Part shown: positions 19,501 to 28,781 of the stretch, one piece after another | How the letters are laid out: the number at the start of each line of letters is the position of its first letter | How positions within the stretch are numbered: the first letter of the stretch is position 1 | Source: an uncultured delta proteobacterium | Lineage (GTDB): Bacteria > Myxococcota_A > Polyangia > Polyangiales > Polyangiaceae | Assembly: GCA_963806225.1 (NCBI GenBank) | Contig: CAWDXG010000004.1 | Location: forward strand, 4,864,001-4,928,000 | Direction of reading: 5' to 3' | DNA length: 64,000 bases | Translations under genes and position numbers: made by a program | The notes under the pieces: model-generated | The model's input: only the letters and a program-made list of their open reading frames with translations | Told to the model about the DNA's origin: nothing | Database searches by the model: none

Positions 19501-20530
19501 GCAGGCTCGAGAGCGCGCGCTCCAGGCGCTCGCCGTTGCCCTTCCTGCGCGCCAGGCGCGGGCCCGCCCCACCATCCCCCGGCATCGCGGCCGGCTCGTC
19601 TTCGTCCTCGGCGGGCAGCACTCCGCGCGCCAGGACGGCACACGCCACGCGCTGCTCGGCGTCCGTGACGACTTCCGGCGGGCGCGCGGACGCTCGCTCG
19701 GGCACGGCACCGTCGCGGAGGTCGAAGCCGCGCAGCTCGCGCACCACCGCCGCGGCATCCAGCGGGCGCTTTTCGGGATCCTTGGCCAGCATGCGCGCCA
19801 CGAGCTGGTCCAGCGCCCGGGGCAGGTCCCGGCGCAGCTCCCGGATCCGCGGAGGGTCCTCCAGGATCAACTTGGCGAGCACTGCCAGCGGCGCCTTGGC
19901 TGCAAAGGCAGCGCGGCCGGTGAGCCCCTGGTAGAGCAGGCAGCCCAGTGCGAACACGTCCGCGCGACTGTCCACGTCGGGCTCGCCTCGCGCCTGCTCG
20001 GGCGCCATGTACCCGGGCGTGCCCAGCACCGCGCCGGTGAGCGTGACGAAACCGTCCGGATCGAACACGCGCGCGACCCCGAAATCGAGGAGCTTGGCTC
20101 GTCCCACCTCGGCTTCGACCAGGAGCACGTTCCCGGGCTTGATGTCGCGGTGGACGATGCCCTTCTGGTGCGCGAGCGACAGCGCGTCGGCGAGCCGCAT
20201 GACGAGGCCGACTGCCTCGTTCGGGGCGAGCGCGCCGCGGCGCAGGCGTCGCGACAGGGTCTCGCCCTCCAGCCACTCCATTGCCAGGTACAGGCCGGCT
20301 CCCGGGACCGGGCCGTGATCCAGATAGCGGACGATGGCTGGATGCCTCAGGCCGGCGAGCACCCGGGCTTCTCGGAGAAAGCGCTCGGGATCGGCGCTCT
20401 TCTGGATCAGCTTCAGTGCGACCGCGCGACCGCTGTCGAGCGCCCGCGCGCGGTAGACCATCGCCGTTCCACCGGAGCCGGCGAGCTCTTTCAGCTCGAA
20501 GCGACCGGCGATCACATCTCCAACGCGCAC
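16592..20530 (-). CDS. Ser/Thr kinase - degenerate cyclase-like region - STAND/AAA ATPase - TPR protein (~1312 aa)
   Basis: Kinase: HRDIKPGN, DFG, YMAPE. NTPase: GREREL, GPPGVGKS, LAIEDMHWAD, GNPFF. C-terminal TPR-like helices. Real start taken as GTG 20530. Confidence 0.9.
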   Translation of the reverse strand: MRVGDVIAGRFELKELAGSGGTAMVYRARALDSGRAVALKLIQKSADPERFLREARVLAGLRHPAIVRYLDHGPVPGAGLYLAMEWLEGETLSRRLRRGALAPNEAVGLVMRLADALSLAHQKGIVHRDIKPGNVLLVEAEVGRAKLLDFGVARVFDPDGFVTLTGAVLGTPGYMAPEQARGEPDVDSRADVFALGCLLYQGLTGRAAFAAKAPLAVLAKLILEDPPRIRELRRDLPRALDQLVARMLAKDPEKRPLDAAAVVRELRGFDLRDGAVPERASARPPEVVTDAEQRVACAVLARGVLPAEDEDEPAAMPGDGGAGPRLARRKGNGERLERALSSLREAATEAGGRLDPLRDGSVIVTLAGVGSATDLAAGAARTALAIQRLFPRSPIAVGTGRAVVSSALPLGEVIDRAVELLGAALPAQILVDAATAGLLDVRFKVGPTPEGHLELGGERTGADSTRFLLGKPTPTVGRERELDFLLGVLDDCIGEPMACATLVTGPPGVGKSRLRYEFLRRLRKHAPETRVWRARAEPASQGSPFSLIGQFLRGIAHVRDGEPTRAARERLREHIARRLPAPDVERALQFLGEAARIPPERPSEAFAAAQNDPILMHDQIQWAWEDFILAECSAGPVLLAIEDMHWADLPSVKLVEAALRAAETQPLMALGLARPEVNERFPRLWSHGGGKTLTLGGLTRRAARKLAVEALGPGADEQLVSTIVERADGNPFFLEELIRAVSEGDATHLPDTVLAMLQTRLEALPDGARRVLRAASVFGKVFWQRPVALLLGETEDWHDIDDWIELLAERELITEGTTSRFDGERELSFRHALVADAAYGMLTPEDRVRAHQAAAEWLETSGEPDILALAAHHEHGGNTERALSYLQKGAQKAIDGNDFRTALDAVARARALLPEDDHTGAGRLARSAAGKLARLEAEAHLWRGENDLAEQLSELAFASLPEQSDDWYRAIFVLASACQQKGEPDRAAEIARLLLESSAWENPNTPLLVSGSRAAVVLTQAGRFEIADQLLERLERIAPALTHRDAAALALWLATKATHALYHTEIEKYLCWSMLASDTFERVGDLRNATIQRHNGGHASNELGAYREAERHLSEVLGHADRLGIPNVLAGARNNLGFALTRLGRFDEARPLLVEAERLLEKHGDQRMRGGALNHLAELELLEGNLERAEETARQAVSVLEPYPPVRTQAIATLAEVLLAQGKADESLDTTTSGVELLDSLGGRADGELALLLAHAHALSSSGAEARAQQVLGRARTRLNERASTIEDTELQKSFLEQIPENARIAESATSA

Positions 20531-20716
20531 GCGACCATGATAGTCGGCCGGGTCCGGCGTGGCTGCCAGGTCGAAGGGCGGGGGGGCCGGCCGCTGCCGG
20601 ATTTGGGCCTGTATCCGGATGGTTGCATCGACACGCGGCGAGCGCGCCCGGCGCCGGGTGGCGCTCGGGTGACAGGCGGGTGCGCGTTCGTCGAATCGAG
20701 CTAGTATCGCCGCGCT

Positions 20717-22699
20717 TTGCAGGACGCCGACGCGCGACAGCTTGCGGAGGACAGCGCTCTTTCCGGGGAAAGTCTGCGTCCCCGCGTGGAGGCCGAGGAG
20801 CCGGCGCGGGTCGCGTCGCTGCGCCGGGTAGTCCGGCGCCGGCGCTGGTTGGGCTGGGTCCTGTTGATCCTGCCGGCGGTCGCGGCAGTCGCGCTCGACT
20901 TCCTGAGGCGTTGGGGGCGCCTCGACGAGCTCGGCTGGACCTACCGTCTCGACTACGCCGCGGCGGTGCTGGAGAGCACGCTGGTCTGGGCCACGCTGCT
21001 GTACGCCGCGGCGCGCCGCTCGGGCGCGTGGCGCTGGGTGGCGGCAGCGCTGTTCGTGCTGGGCATCACCTTCTCGTTCGGGGGTCAGGAGTACTTCTTC
21101 GAACAGTACAACGCCTACCTGAACGTCGACGTGTCGGTGTTCGCGTCCAACCTGATGGACAGCGTCATGAACCAGCTGTTCGCCGACATCGGGACGTATC
21201 TCAAAGCCAACCTGCCGCCCTTCCTCGGCGCGCTGGCCCTCTTGTGGATCGCGCGGCGCACGCTGCGCCCGCGTCGCCGCCCGGCGCGCGTGATGGGTGT
21301 GGTCGCGCCGCTGATGCTGGTGGCGGCCTTCTTCATCCCCACGCAGCACCGCGAGCTGCAGGCGTGCACGCCGGACGTGCTCTATCTCAATGCCGTCGGC
21401 GGGCTGATCCGCACGCAACTCGGCTACACCGACCAGTCGCACCAGCTGCGTCCGAAGGTGCGGCACTCGCTGCCCGTCCCGCACCTCGCCGCGCACCCCG
21501 CGCGGCGCCGCAACGTGCTGTTCCTGCTGCTGGAGAGCGTGCGTGCGGACGCGACCTGTGTCGAATACGACCCCGACTGCAAGCGTACGGAGGCGAGCAA
21601 CCTGCTCTTGCCGCACCGCTATCCGCTGACCCAGATGCGCTCGCTCGACTCCACCACGGCCATCTCGCTTTCGGTGCTGTGGTCCGGGACTGGTCCCGAG
21701 GCGTCGCGGAAGATCATGCACACCTGGCCGCTGATCTTCGACTACGCGCGAGCCGCCGGCTACGACACCGCGTACTGGACCAGCCAGAACATGATGTTCG
21801 GCAATGCGCGCCTGTACGTGAAGAACCTCGGCGTGAACCACTTCTTCACGGCGACCGATCTGGATCCCACCGCGGATCTGGACATGGGCGCTCCGGAGGG
21901 GCTGTTCGCCAAGCGCGTCGACCGCGACCTCGACAAGCTCCACGAGCCGTGGATGGCGGTCGTGCACTTCTCGAACGTGCACTACCCCTACTACGTCGAC
22001 AAGAAGCTGCCCCAGCCGTTCCAGCCTGCGACCACCAGCAAGGCGCCCGAGAAGAACCCTTCTTTCAAGCGCTACTACCAGAACTCGGTCTACCAGCAGG
22101 ATCTGCATCTGGCGGATATCGTCCGGCACTTCAGAGCGACGCCGGCGGGCCGCCGTACGGTCATCGTCTACACCAGCGATCACGGCGAGGCGTTCCGCGA
22201 GCACGGCCAGATGGGCCACACCTTCAGCGTGCTCGACGAGGAAGTGCACGTGCCCGGTTTCATCGACGCGCCGCCGGGTACGCTCGACGCCAGCGAGCAG
22301 AAGGCGCTTGAACAGAAGGAACACGCTTTCGTCTTCCACGTCGACATCGCGCCGACGATCCTCGACTTGATGGGCGTGTGGGACGATCCCGCCATCGCGA
22401 AGTACCGGACCCGCATGACCGGTCACAGCCTGCTCCGCCCCGCGCTCACCACGAAGGCGCTGGCGATGACGAACTGCGGCGGCGTGTGGAGCTGCGCATT
22501 CGAGAACTGGGGCTACATCCAGGGCCACATCAAGCTCGAGGCCCGCGCGTGGGACACGCAGTGGCATTGCTACGATCTGGCGAGCGATCCGTTCGAGAAG
22601 TTCGAGCTCGGCATGACGAACCCCGTCTGCCGCAGCCTGCGCGACAGGGCCATGCGAAAGTTCGGGCGTCTGCCCGGCAAGAAGAAGGGCGACAGGTAG
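20717..22699 (+). CDS. Membrane-anchored sulfatase/alkaline-phosphatase superfamily enzyme (LTA synthase/phosphoethanolamine transferase-like)
   Basis: About 5 N-terminal TMs; NVLFLLLESVRAD, STTAISL (Thr nucleophile position), HYPY, TSDHGE, HVDIAPTILDL. Confidence 0.8.
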   Translation: MQDADARQLAEDSALSGESLRPRVEAEEPARVASLRRVVRRRRWLGWVLLILPAVAAVALDFLRRWGRLDELGWTYRLDYAAAVLESTLVWATLLYAAARRSGAWRWVAAALFVLGITFSFGGQEYFFEQYNAYLNVDVSVFASNLMDSVMNQLFADIGTYLKANLPPFLGALALLWIARRTLRPRRRPARVMGVVAPLMLVAAFFIPTQHRELQACTPDVLYLNAVGGLIRTQLGYTDQSHQLRPKVRHSLPVPHLAAHPARRRNVLFLLLESVRADATCVEYDPDCKRTEASNLLLPHRYPLTQMRSLDSTTAISLSVLWSGTGPEASRKIMHTWPLIFDYARAAGYDTAYWTSQNMMFGNARLYVKNLGVNHFFTATDLDPTADLDMGAPEGLFAKRVDRDLDKLHEPWMAVVHFSNVHYPYYVDKKLPQPFQPATTSKAPEKNPSFKRYYQNSVYQQDLHLADIVRHFRATPAGRRTVIVYTSDHGEAFREHGQMGHTFSVLDEEVHVPGFIDAPPGTLDASEQKALEQKEHAFVFHVDIAPTILDLMGVWDDPAIAKYRTRMTGHSLLRPALTTKALAMTNCGGVWSCAFENWGYIQGHIKLEARAWDTQWHCYDLASDPFEKFELGMTNPVCRSLRDRAMRKFGRLPGKKKGDR

Positions 22700-22754
22700 G
22701 TAGCGACGACCGGCGGGGGTGCCCGCCCGCGGCCGTTTGATCTATTCTTGGAGG

Positions 22755-24059
22755 ATGGGTGCCCGCGCGTTGCTGCTTCCGGCGTTGACCGCCGTCGCGA
22801 TCGCGGGGGGATGCGCGGCAGGCAGCACCGGCGGTTCGCCGTTCGTGCCGTCCGGAGGCGCCGGTGGCAGCGCGAGCGCCGACGCTTCCGGTGACGGAGG
22901 GGCCGGGGGCAATGCAGCGGCCGGCAGCGGGGGCAGCGGGGGCAGCCTCGCCGATGCCTCCCTCGACGTGGGCTCCGCCGGCTCCGGCTTCAACCCCGAT
23001 TCCGGCTGCGCCACCTCCACGCAGACGGCCGAGGTCGACAAGCTGCCGGTCGACATCATCTGGGTCGTCGACAACTCGGTGAGCATGAAGCCCGCGGTCG
23101 ATGCGGTGACGCAGGGCCTCAACAAATTCGCCCAGCTGATCGCATCGAAGAACCTCGACTACCGGGTCATCATGCTGTCGCTGCGCGGCAACGGTCAGAT
23201 GACCGTCAACGGCGGCACGCGCTACGCCGTGTGCATTCCGCCGCCGCTGGGTGGCGCCAGCTGCGCGGACAACCCGCCGGTGTTCTACCAGTCCAGCATC
23301 GACATCCGGAGCACGCAGCCGCTCGAGCAGTTCCTGGGCACGCTCGGCCAGACCAGCGGCTACCAGCAGGGAGAGAGCAAGGGGGGCGACCCGTGGAAGC
23401 AGTGGCTACGCCCCAACGCGACCAAGACCATCGTCGATGTCACGGACGACAACTCGCGCCTCGACGCCAACCAGTTCGAGCATTTCGCGGGCGGGAAGGA
23501 CCCGTGGAACTCCACCACGCTGCCGCCCGGCATCCTCGACGCGAGCTGGAACGGGCTGTTCAACGGCTACGTGTTCGACGCGCTGTACGGCTGGGGCTCG
23601 GCCACCGACCCCACCGTCAAGTGCACCTATCCCGACAAGAGCACGCCGCCGAGCTCCGGCCCCACGTATACCGATCTAGTCAAGAAGACGGGCGGGGTGC
23701 GCGCCAGGATCTGCGACGACCCCACCACCTGGGTTCCCTTCTTCAACCAGGTCGCGCAAGCCGTCGTGAAGGCCTCCAAGATCAGCTGCGAGCTCGGGAT
23801 CCCCACGCCCGAGGCCGGCACGCTCGACCCCGGCAAGGTGAACGTCCAGCTCGACAGCCAGGGCAACACGCAGCTCCTGTACAAGGTCAAGGACGCCAGC
23901 GCCTGCGGCACCAGCGGCGGCTGGTACTACGATAACGACACGAGCCCCACGAAGGTCATCCTCTGCCCCGTGTCCTGCGACCAGGCCCAGCAGCAGGTGC
24001 AGTCCACCGGCAACGCCACCCTGAGCGTCGTGTTCGGCTGTACGACGATCATCAAGTAG
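22755..24059 (+). CDS. Myxobacterial VWA-domain lipoprotein
   Basis: Signal ending AGGC, Gly-rich linker, MIDAS motif DIIWVVDNSVSM, C-terminal GWYYD...LCPVSC...FGC module. Confidence 0.8.
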   Translation: MGARALLLPALTAVAIAGGCAAGSTGGSPFVPSGGAGGSASADASGDGGAGGNAAAGSGGSGGSLADASLDVGSAGSGFNPDSGCATSTQTAEVDKLPVDIIWVVDNSVSMKPAVDAVTQGLNKFAQLIASKNLDYRVIMLSLRGNGQMTVNGGTRYAVCIPPPLGGASCADNPPVFYQSSIDIRSTQPLEQFLGTLGQTSGYQQGESKGGDPWKQWLRPNATKTIVDVTDDNSRLDANQFEHFAGGKDPWNSTTLPPGILDASWNGLFNGYVFDALYGWGSATDPTVKCTYPDKSTPPSSGPTYTDLVKKTGGVRARICDDPTTWVPFFNQVAQAVVKASKISCELGIPTPEAGTLDPGKVNVQLDSQGNTQLLYKVKDASACGTSGGWYYDNDTSPTKVILCPVSCDQAQQQVQSTGNATLSVVFGCTTIIK

Positions 24060-24098
24060 CGCACGCTTCCCGTCGCGAGAGCGCGCACGGCTGTCCGC

Positions 24099-25055
24099 TC
24101 AGCTCAGCTCGAGCATGCGATCGATGGGCAGCTTTGCCCGCTTTCTGAGCTCCTCGTCCATCTCGATGCGCGGCTGGAGATCGCGCAGCGCCAGGTAGAT
24201 CTTCTCCGGCGTGTTCAGCCGCATGAAGGGGCACTCGTTGCAGGCGCAGTTGCCCTCGGGCGGCGCCGCGATGAGCGTCTTGCCGGCGGCCTTCTTCTCC
24301 ATCTGGTGCAGGATGCCGGGCTCGGTCGCGACGATGAACTCCTTGCTGTTGTCGTTCTCGACGAAGCGGAGCAGCGACGTGGTCGAGCCGATGAAGTCGG
24401 CCATGTCGAGGATGGCCGACTCGCACTCCGGATGCGCCACGATCTTCGCCTCCGGGTGCTCCTGCTTCAGGGCCAGGAGCTTCCGCTGGCTGAACGTCTC
24501 GTGGACGATACAGCTGCCGTGCCACAGCACCATGTCGCGTCCGGTCTGCTTGATCAGATAGCGACCGAGGTTCTGGTCTGGAGCGAACAGGATCTGCTTG
24601 TCCTTCGGGACCGCGTCCACGATCTTCTTCGCGTTGCTGGAGGTGCAGATGTAGTCGCTCTCGGCTTTGATGGCGGCCGAGCAGTTGATGTAGCTGATGA
24701 CCACAGCGTCCGGATAGCGCGCCTTCCACGCCCGGAATGCCACCGGTTGGCAGCCGTCGGCGAGCGAGCAGCCGGCGTCCATGTCCGGCACCACCACGAT
24801 GCGCTCGGGATTGAGGATCTTCGCGACCTCGGCCATGAAGTGCACGCCGGCGAAGACGATCACGTCCGCCTGCGTCTTTTTCGCTTCCTGCGCCAGCTGC
24901 AGCGAGTCGCCGATGAAGTCGGCCAGATCCTGGATCTCGCTCTCCTGGTAGTAGTGCGCCAGCAGGACGGCGTTCCGTTCCTTCTTCAGGCGCAGGATTT
25001 CCTCGTCGATATCGAGAGAAGCGAGATCGGGCCCGGCGACGGCGGCGGTGGTCAT
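24099..25055 (-). CDS. nadA: Quinolinate synthase A
   Basis: LAHYYQ, GDSL, GVHFMAE, AGCSLA, YINCSA, CIVHE, AHPEC, CPFM. Confidence 0.96.
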   Translation of the reverse strand: MTTAAVAGPDLASLDIDEEILRLKKERNAVLLAHYYQESEIQDLADFIGDSLQLAQEAKKTQADVIVFAGVHFMAEVAKILNPERIVVVPDMDAGCSLADGCQPVAFRAWKARYPDAVVISYINCSAAIKAESDYICTSSNAKKIVDAVPKDKQILFAPDQNLGRYLIKQTGRDMVLWHGSCIVHETFSQRKLLALKQEHPEAKIVAHPECESAILDMADFIGSTTSLLRFVENDNSKEFIVATEPGILHQMEKKAAGKTLIAAPPEGNCACNECPFMRLNTPEKIYLALRDLQPRIEMDEELRKRAKLPIDRMLELS

Positions 25056-25066
25056 GGTCGAGCGAT

Positions 25067-25981
25067 CTATAGGGCGGAAGCCGGGCTCCTACCAGGGCGT
25101 GCCGCACCGTCGCTCTTCGCCGCTCCCGCCGACTGCACGCGCAGCGGACCGCTCTCGTCTTCCTGCCGGTGGTAGGTCACCTGGCGCGGGAACGGGATCT
25201 CCACGCCGGCCGCGTCGAAGGCCGCCTTGACCCGCTGCCGGAGCTCGCGCTCCGCCGCGAAGTGGTTCGGCGCCGTGACCTTGATGACCAGCCTCACGCC
25301 CACGTCGGAGGCGTTCAGCCCGAGTAGGCCCTGGGCCTCGGGCGGCTCGAGCACGAGATCCTCGTTCTCCTTGGCCCAGGCGTCGCCCACTTCCTTCAGC
25401 ACCTTGAGCCCCTTGGCGGTGTCCTGTTCGTAGGCGAGCCCCACCTCGACCACCGCCCGCGTCCACTCGCGGCTGAAGTTGCCGACGGTGGCGATCTGCC
25501 CGTTGTGCACGTACCAGAGCTGGCCGCTGAAGGCGCGGATCGTCGTGACGCGCAGGCCCACCGACTCCACCACGCCGACCGCGCCGCCGCCCACGTCCGC
25601 GATGTCGCCCTCGGCGATCGCGCCGTCGAAGATCAGGAAGAAGCCGCTGATGACGTCCTTGACCAGCGACTGCGCGCCGAAGCCCACGGCCAGGCCGAGC
25701 ACGCCGGCGCCGGCGATCAGCGTCGTCACGTTCACGCCGATCTGGTCGAGAGCGGTGATGACTCCGATGACCAGCACGATGGTGCGGACCACTGTGTGGG
25801 TCACGCCCGCGAGCGCTTCGGTCCGGCCGCCGCGCCTGCGCAGCCGGCGCTCCGCCCAGCGCCCCAGGCCGCCCCCGAGGAGCGCCGCCACCAGCAGGAT
25901 TGCCAGCGCTGCGGCAGCATGAAGAGAAAGCTCGACCCAGTGCGCCTGCAAGTATGCGACGCCCTTCGACACCCATCCCAT
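25067..25981 (-). CDS. mscS: Small-conductance mechanosensitive channel family protein
   Basis: [24 protein letters not shown]...GD...VESVGLRVT...GVEIPFP. Confidence 0.9.
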   Translation of the reverse strand: MGWVSKGVAYLQAHWVELSLHAAAALAILLVAALLGGGLGRWAERRLRRRGGRTEALAGVTHTVVRTIVLVIGVITALDQIGVNVTTLIAGAGVLGLAVGFGAQSLVKDVISGFFLIFDGAIAEGDIADVGGGAVGVVESVGLRVTTIRAFSGQLWYVHNGQIATVGNFSREWTRAVVEVGLAYEQDTAKGLKVLKEVGDAWAKENEDLVLEPPEAQGLLGLNASDVGVRLVIKVTAPNHFAAERELRQRVKAAFDAAGVEIPFPRQVTYHRQEDESGPLRVQSAGAAKSDGAARPGRSPASAL

Positions 25982-26019
25982 GCGTGACAGTTAGGTATCC
26001 GCCTACATGGATGCAAGCG

Positions 26020-26056
26020 TGGGGCAAGGTGACGAGAGGTGGGACAAGATGCCACA
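26020..26056. promoter_or_regulatory. Two tandem 17-bp pseudo-palindromic sites spaced 20 bp (candidate transcription-factor sites)
   Basis: TGGGGCAAGGTGACGAG (26020-36) and TGGGACAAGATGCCACA (26040-56) lie between divergent genes. Confidence 0.4.
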
Positions 26057-26118
26057 ATGCAAACGATTTCCGGTAGTTAAGCCTTGATCAGCGCGACTGG
26101 GCAGCGCATGGTAGAAAC

Positions 26119-26562
26119 GTGGTGCGCGCACGTTGTCTAGTCGTCGGGTTGGCAGTAGCCACCTTCGCGCTTCCGGCTTTCGCCGAGGGGCCGGCCCACA
26201 AGACTGCCAAGGCGCCCGTTGCTCCGTCTGCCAAGGCGACCGGGCTGTCCTCCGCTTTCGAGGCTTCGGTCGCGCTGGTCGCGGCAGAGCAGCCGGCGAA
26301 GGCGGAGGAGAGCCGGCTGCCGGCGAAGGCCCGGCACCTGCCGGCGCCGAAAAGCTGCTCGGTCGGCTCGAGCTGCAGCTACCACAAGATGCTCGCCTAT
26401 CTGGTGATCACCCGCGACTTCCAGGTGCCCGGCGCGCCCGACATGGCCGTCCGCCTGCTGCCGACCTCCAGCGCCCTGGCCGGCGACAGCCACTCGCGCA
26501 TCGTCGTCAGGCCGCGCCTCAAGAACAGCAGCTACGGCGTCGACGTAGCCGCGCGCTTCTAG
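26119..26562 (+). CDS. Hypothetical secreted protein
   Basis: Signal peptide ending PAFA; C-terminal ...YGVDVAARF ends in Phe like an outer-membrane beta-signal. Confidence 0.65.
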   Translation: MVRARCLVVGLAVATFALPAFAEGPAHKTAKAPVAPSAKATGLSSAFEASVALVAAEQPAKAEESRLPAKARHLPAPKSCSVGSSCSYHKMLAYLVITRDFQVPGAPDMAVRLLPTSSALAGDSHSRIVVRPRLKNSSYGVDVAARF

Positions 26563-26636
26563 CCGGCCTTTCTACAGGGGCGCACCCCACCAGGTCCCGG
26601 AGCAGGCGCGCCCTGCCCGTCCCCGCAGCCCACTGT

Positions 26637-26682
26637 GATATGTAGCAAAATGTCACATATATGTGACATTTTGCTACATATC
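26637..26682. repeat. Perfect 46-bp AT-rich palindrome with no loop
   Basis: gatatgtagcaaaatgtcacata|tatgtgacattttgctacatatc; the arms are exact reverse complements. Confidence 0.95.
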
Positions 26683-27674
26683 TACTCCGTCGGGGCCTTG
26701 TCGATGCTGGGGACGGCCTTCGCGAAGCGCTCGGCGAACTCCTCGGCGCTCTTCGCCGTCGACAGATCCAGCTCGAAGTCGGGCCGCTCGTCGGGGCCGA
26801 GCTTGTCCACGAGCTCACGCACCTCGCGCTTGCTGAGGCCGAGCTCCGCCAGCGCGCCGGCGTCGAGCGACGTGCCGTCGCGCGAAGCGACGCTGTCCGC
26901 CGACGCACTGACGAGGCGGCGCACGGCGTCGAGCTCCATGCGGCTCATGCGCGTGCCGCACACGTCGTAGTCGATCCACGCCTCGTAGCTCTGCGGCGCG
27001 ACGCGCTTGAGCATGCCCGCCATCACGCGCCCGTACTCCTGGATCTCCCACTGCGCATGCGCGTCGACACGCAGCTTGAGGAAGTGCAGAAGGTTGTGCA
27101 GATCGATCTTCCAGTACCACTGCGTATAGGTCGAAAGCGGCAGATCGATACGCGCCAGCTCGCGCGCCACGTCGTGCGACGTCATCCACTCGTACGCGCT
27201 CGCGCTCTCCTTGCGGATGCGCTCCCAGCGCTCGAGCGCCTCGCGGTACATCGCATCGTCCACCGGCTGCCCGCTCCGCCCCTGGTTGTTCTGCCGGCTC
27301 TGCGTCTGCAGCTGCTCGGCCGTGGGCGTGTGGAAGAGCATGGGCATCAATGAATACCTCCCTGAGTACTCGTTGACGCTGGCCGTTCTGTGACGAATCC
27401 ACTGGCGCGCGATGAACATCGGCATGCAGCAGTGGAACTTGAGCTCGACCATCTCGCTGGGCGTGGTGTGCAGGTGGCGGCGTAGGTAGCGGAGCAGGCC
27501 GCGGGTCTGGCTGGCCTTGCGCGTGCCGTAGCCGTAGCTAACGCGGGCGGCGCGCTCGATGCACTCGTCGGTGCCCATGTAGTCGACGAGCGAGACGAAG
27601 CCGTGATCGAGCACGGGAAAGTACAGGCCGAGGATCTCCTCGGCGCCGGGTGACGTCGGTCGCTTCGAGCTCAC
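26682..27674 (-). CDS. thyX: FAD-dependent thymidylate synthase
   Basis: AARVSY, HTTPSEM, RQWIRHRTASVNEYSGRY, ARELARIDLP, HAQWEI; GTG start overlaps the asd stop. Confidence 0.95.
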   Translation of the reverse strand: MSSKRPTSPGAEEILGLYFPVLDHGFVSLVDYMGTDECIERAARVSYGYGTRKASQTRGLLRYLRRHLHTTPSEMVELKFHCCMPMFIARQWIRHRTASVNEYSGRYSLMPMLFHTPTAEQLQTQSRQNNQGRSGQPVDDAMYREALERWERIRKESASAYEWMTSHDVARELARIDLPLSTYTQWYWKIDLHNLLHFLKLRVDAHAQWEIQEYGRVMAGMLKRVAPQSYEAWIDYDVCGTRMSRMELDAVRRLVSASADSVASRDGTSLDAGALAELGLSKREVRELVDKLGPDERPDFELDLSTAKSAEEFAERFAKAVPSIDKAPTE

Positions 27675-28669
27675 GACAGGAGCTCCGCGATCTGCACGGC
27701 GTTGAGTGCAGCACCCTTGCGCAGGTTGTCCGACACGATCCACAGGTTGATGGCGCCGGGTACGGCCAGGTCGTCGCGCACGCGCCCGACGTAGACCGGG
27801 TCGGTGCCGGCGGCCATCAAGGGCTGTGGCTCGCCGCCAGGCGTGTAGTCGCCGTCGACGAGCACGATGCCCGGCGCGCCCGCCAGGAGCTCGCGGGCGC
27901 GCGCGGCGGTGAGCGGCTGGTGGAACTCGCAGTACACCGATTCGGAGTGTCCGTTGATGACCGGCACGCGCACGCAGGTCGGCGTGACGCCGATCGAGGG
28001 GTCGCCGAAGATCTTGCGGGTCTCGTTGACCAGCTTCAGCTCTTCTTCCGAGTAGCCGTCCTTGCCCGGCTTCCAGTCGGACAGCACGTTCATCGCCATC
28101 TGCTTGGGGAACACGCTGACCTCGGGCTGCTGGCCAGCTGCAATCGCCTTGATCTGCCCCTCGAGCTCCGCGACGGCCTTGTGCCCTTTGCCGCTGGTCG
28201 CCTGGTAGGTGGACACGACAATATGCTTGAGGCGCGCGGCGTCGTGCAGCGGCTTCAGCGCGACCACCATCTGGATCGTGCTGCAGTTCGGGTTGGCGAT
28301 GATGCCCTTGGGGCGATCGTGCATCGCTTCGGGATTCACCTCGGGGACGACCAGCGGGCACTGCTCGTCGCTGCGCCAGGCGCTCGAGTTGTCGATGACG
28401 ACCGCGCCGCTCGCCGCGGCGATGGGCGAGTACTCTCGCGACACCGAGGCCCCGGCGCTGAACAGCGCGATGCCTACGCCCTTGAAGGAGTCCGGACCGA
28501 GCTTGTCGACCGTCAGCTCGCCGCCGCGGAAGGGCAGCTTCTGGCCTGCCGACCGCTCCGAGGCGAGCGCGATCACGCGCTCGGCGGGGAAATTCCTCCG
28601 CTCCAGGGTGCGGAGCATCTCGCGTCCTACCGCTCCCGTCGCACCGGCGACGGCCACTACTCTGTTCAT
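27671..28669 (-). CDS. asd: Aspartate-semialdehyde dehydrogenase
   Basis: GATGAVG, IDNSSAWR, ANPNCSTIQ, TCVRVPV...GHSE, DNLRKGAALNAVQIAE. Confidence 0.97.
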   Translation of the reverse strand: MNRVVAVAGATGAVGREMLRTLERRNFPAERVIALASERSAGQKLPFRGGELTVDKLGPDSFKGVGIALFSAGASVSREYSPIAAASGAVVIDNSSAWRSDEQCPLVVPEVNPEAMHDRPKGIIANPNCSTIQMVVALKPLHDAARLKHIVVSTYQATSGKGHKAVAELEGQIKAIAAGQQPEVSVFPKQMAMNVLSDWKPGKDGYSEEELKLVNETRKIFGDPSIGVTPTCVRVPVINGHSESVYCEFHQPLTAARARELLAGAPGIVLVDGDYTPGGEPQPLMAAGTDPVYVGRVRDDLAVPGAINLWIVSDNLRKGAALNAVQIAELLS

Positions 28670-28781
28670 GGGGGTGTTCTCTTCTCCTGATTTCGGGGCA
28701 CGCCCGTCCGGCCAGCCCCGGTACCGGCGACAACGCTAGGACCGGGGCGGACCCGGTGCAAGCGATGCTACGCTCGCGGGG

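Noticed and set aside
20531..22567. N-terminal 679 aa of the 1991-aa ORF
   Set aside because: Shadow of the + strand sulfatase-like gene; the kinase starts at about 20530.
26637..26682. Palindrome as parS, dif or CRP site
   Set aside because: It does not match TGTTTCACGTGAAACA, the XerC/D dif consensus or TGTGA-N6-TCACA orientation.
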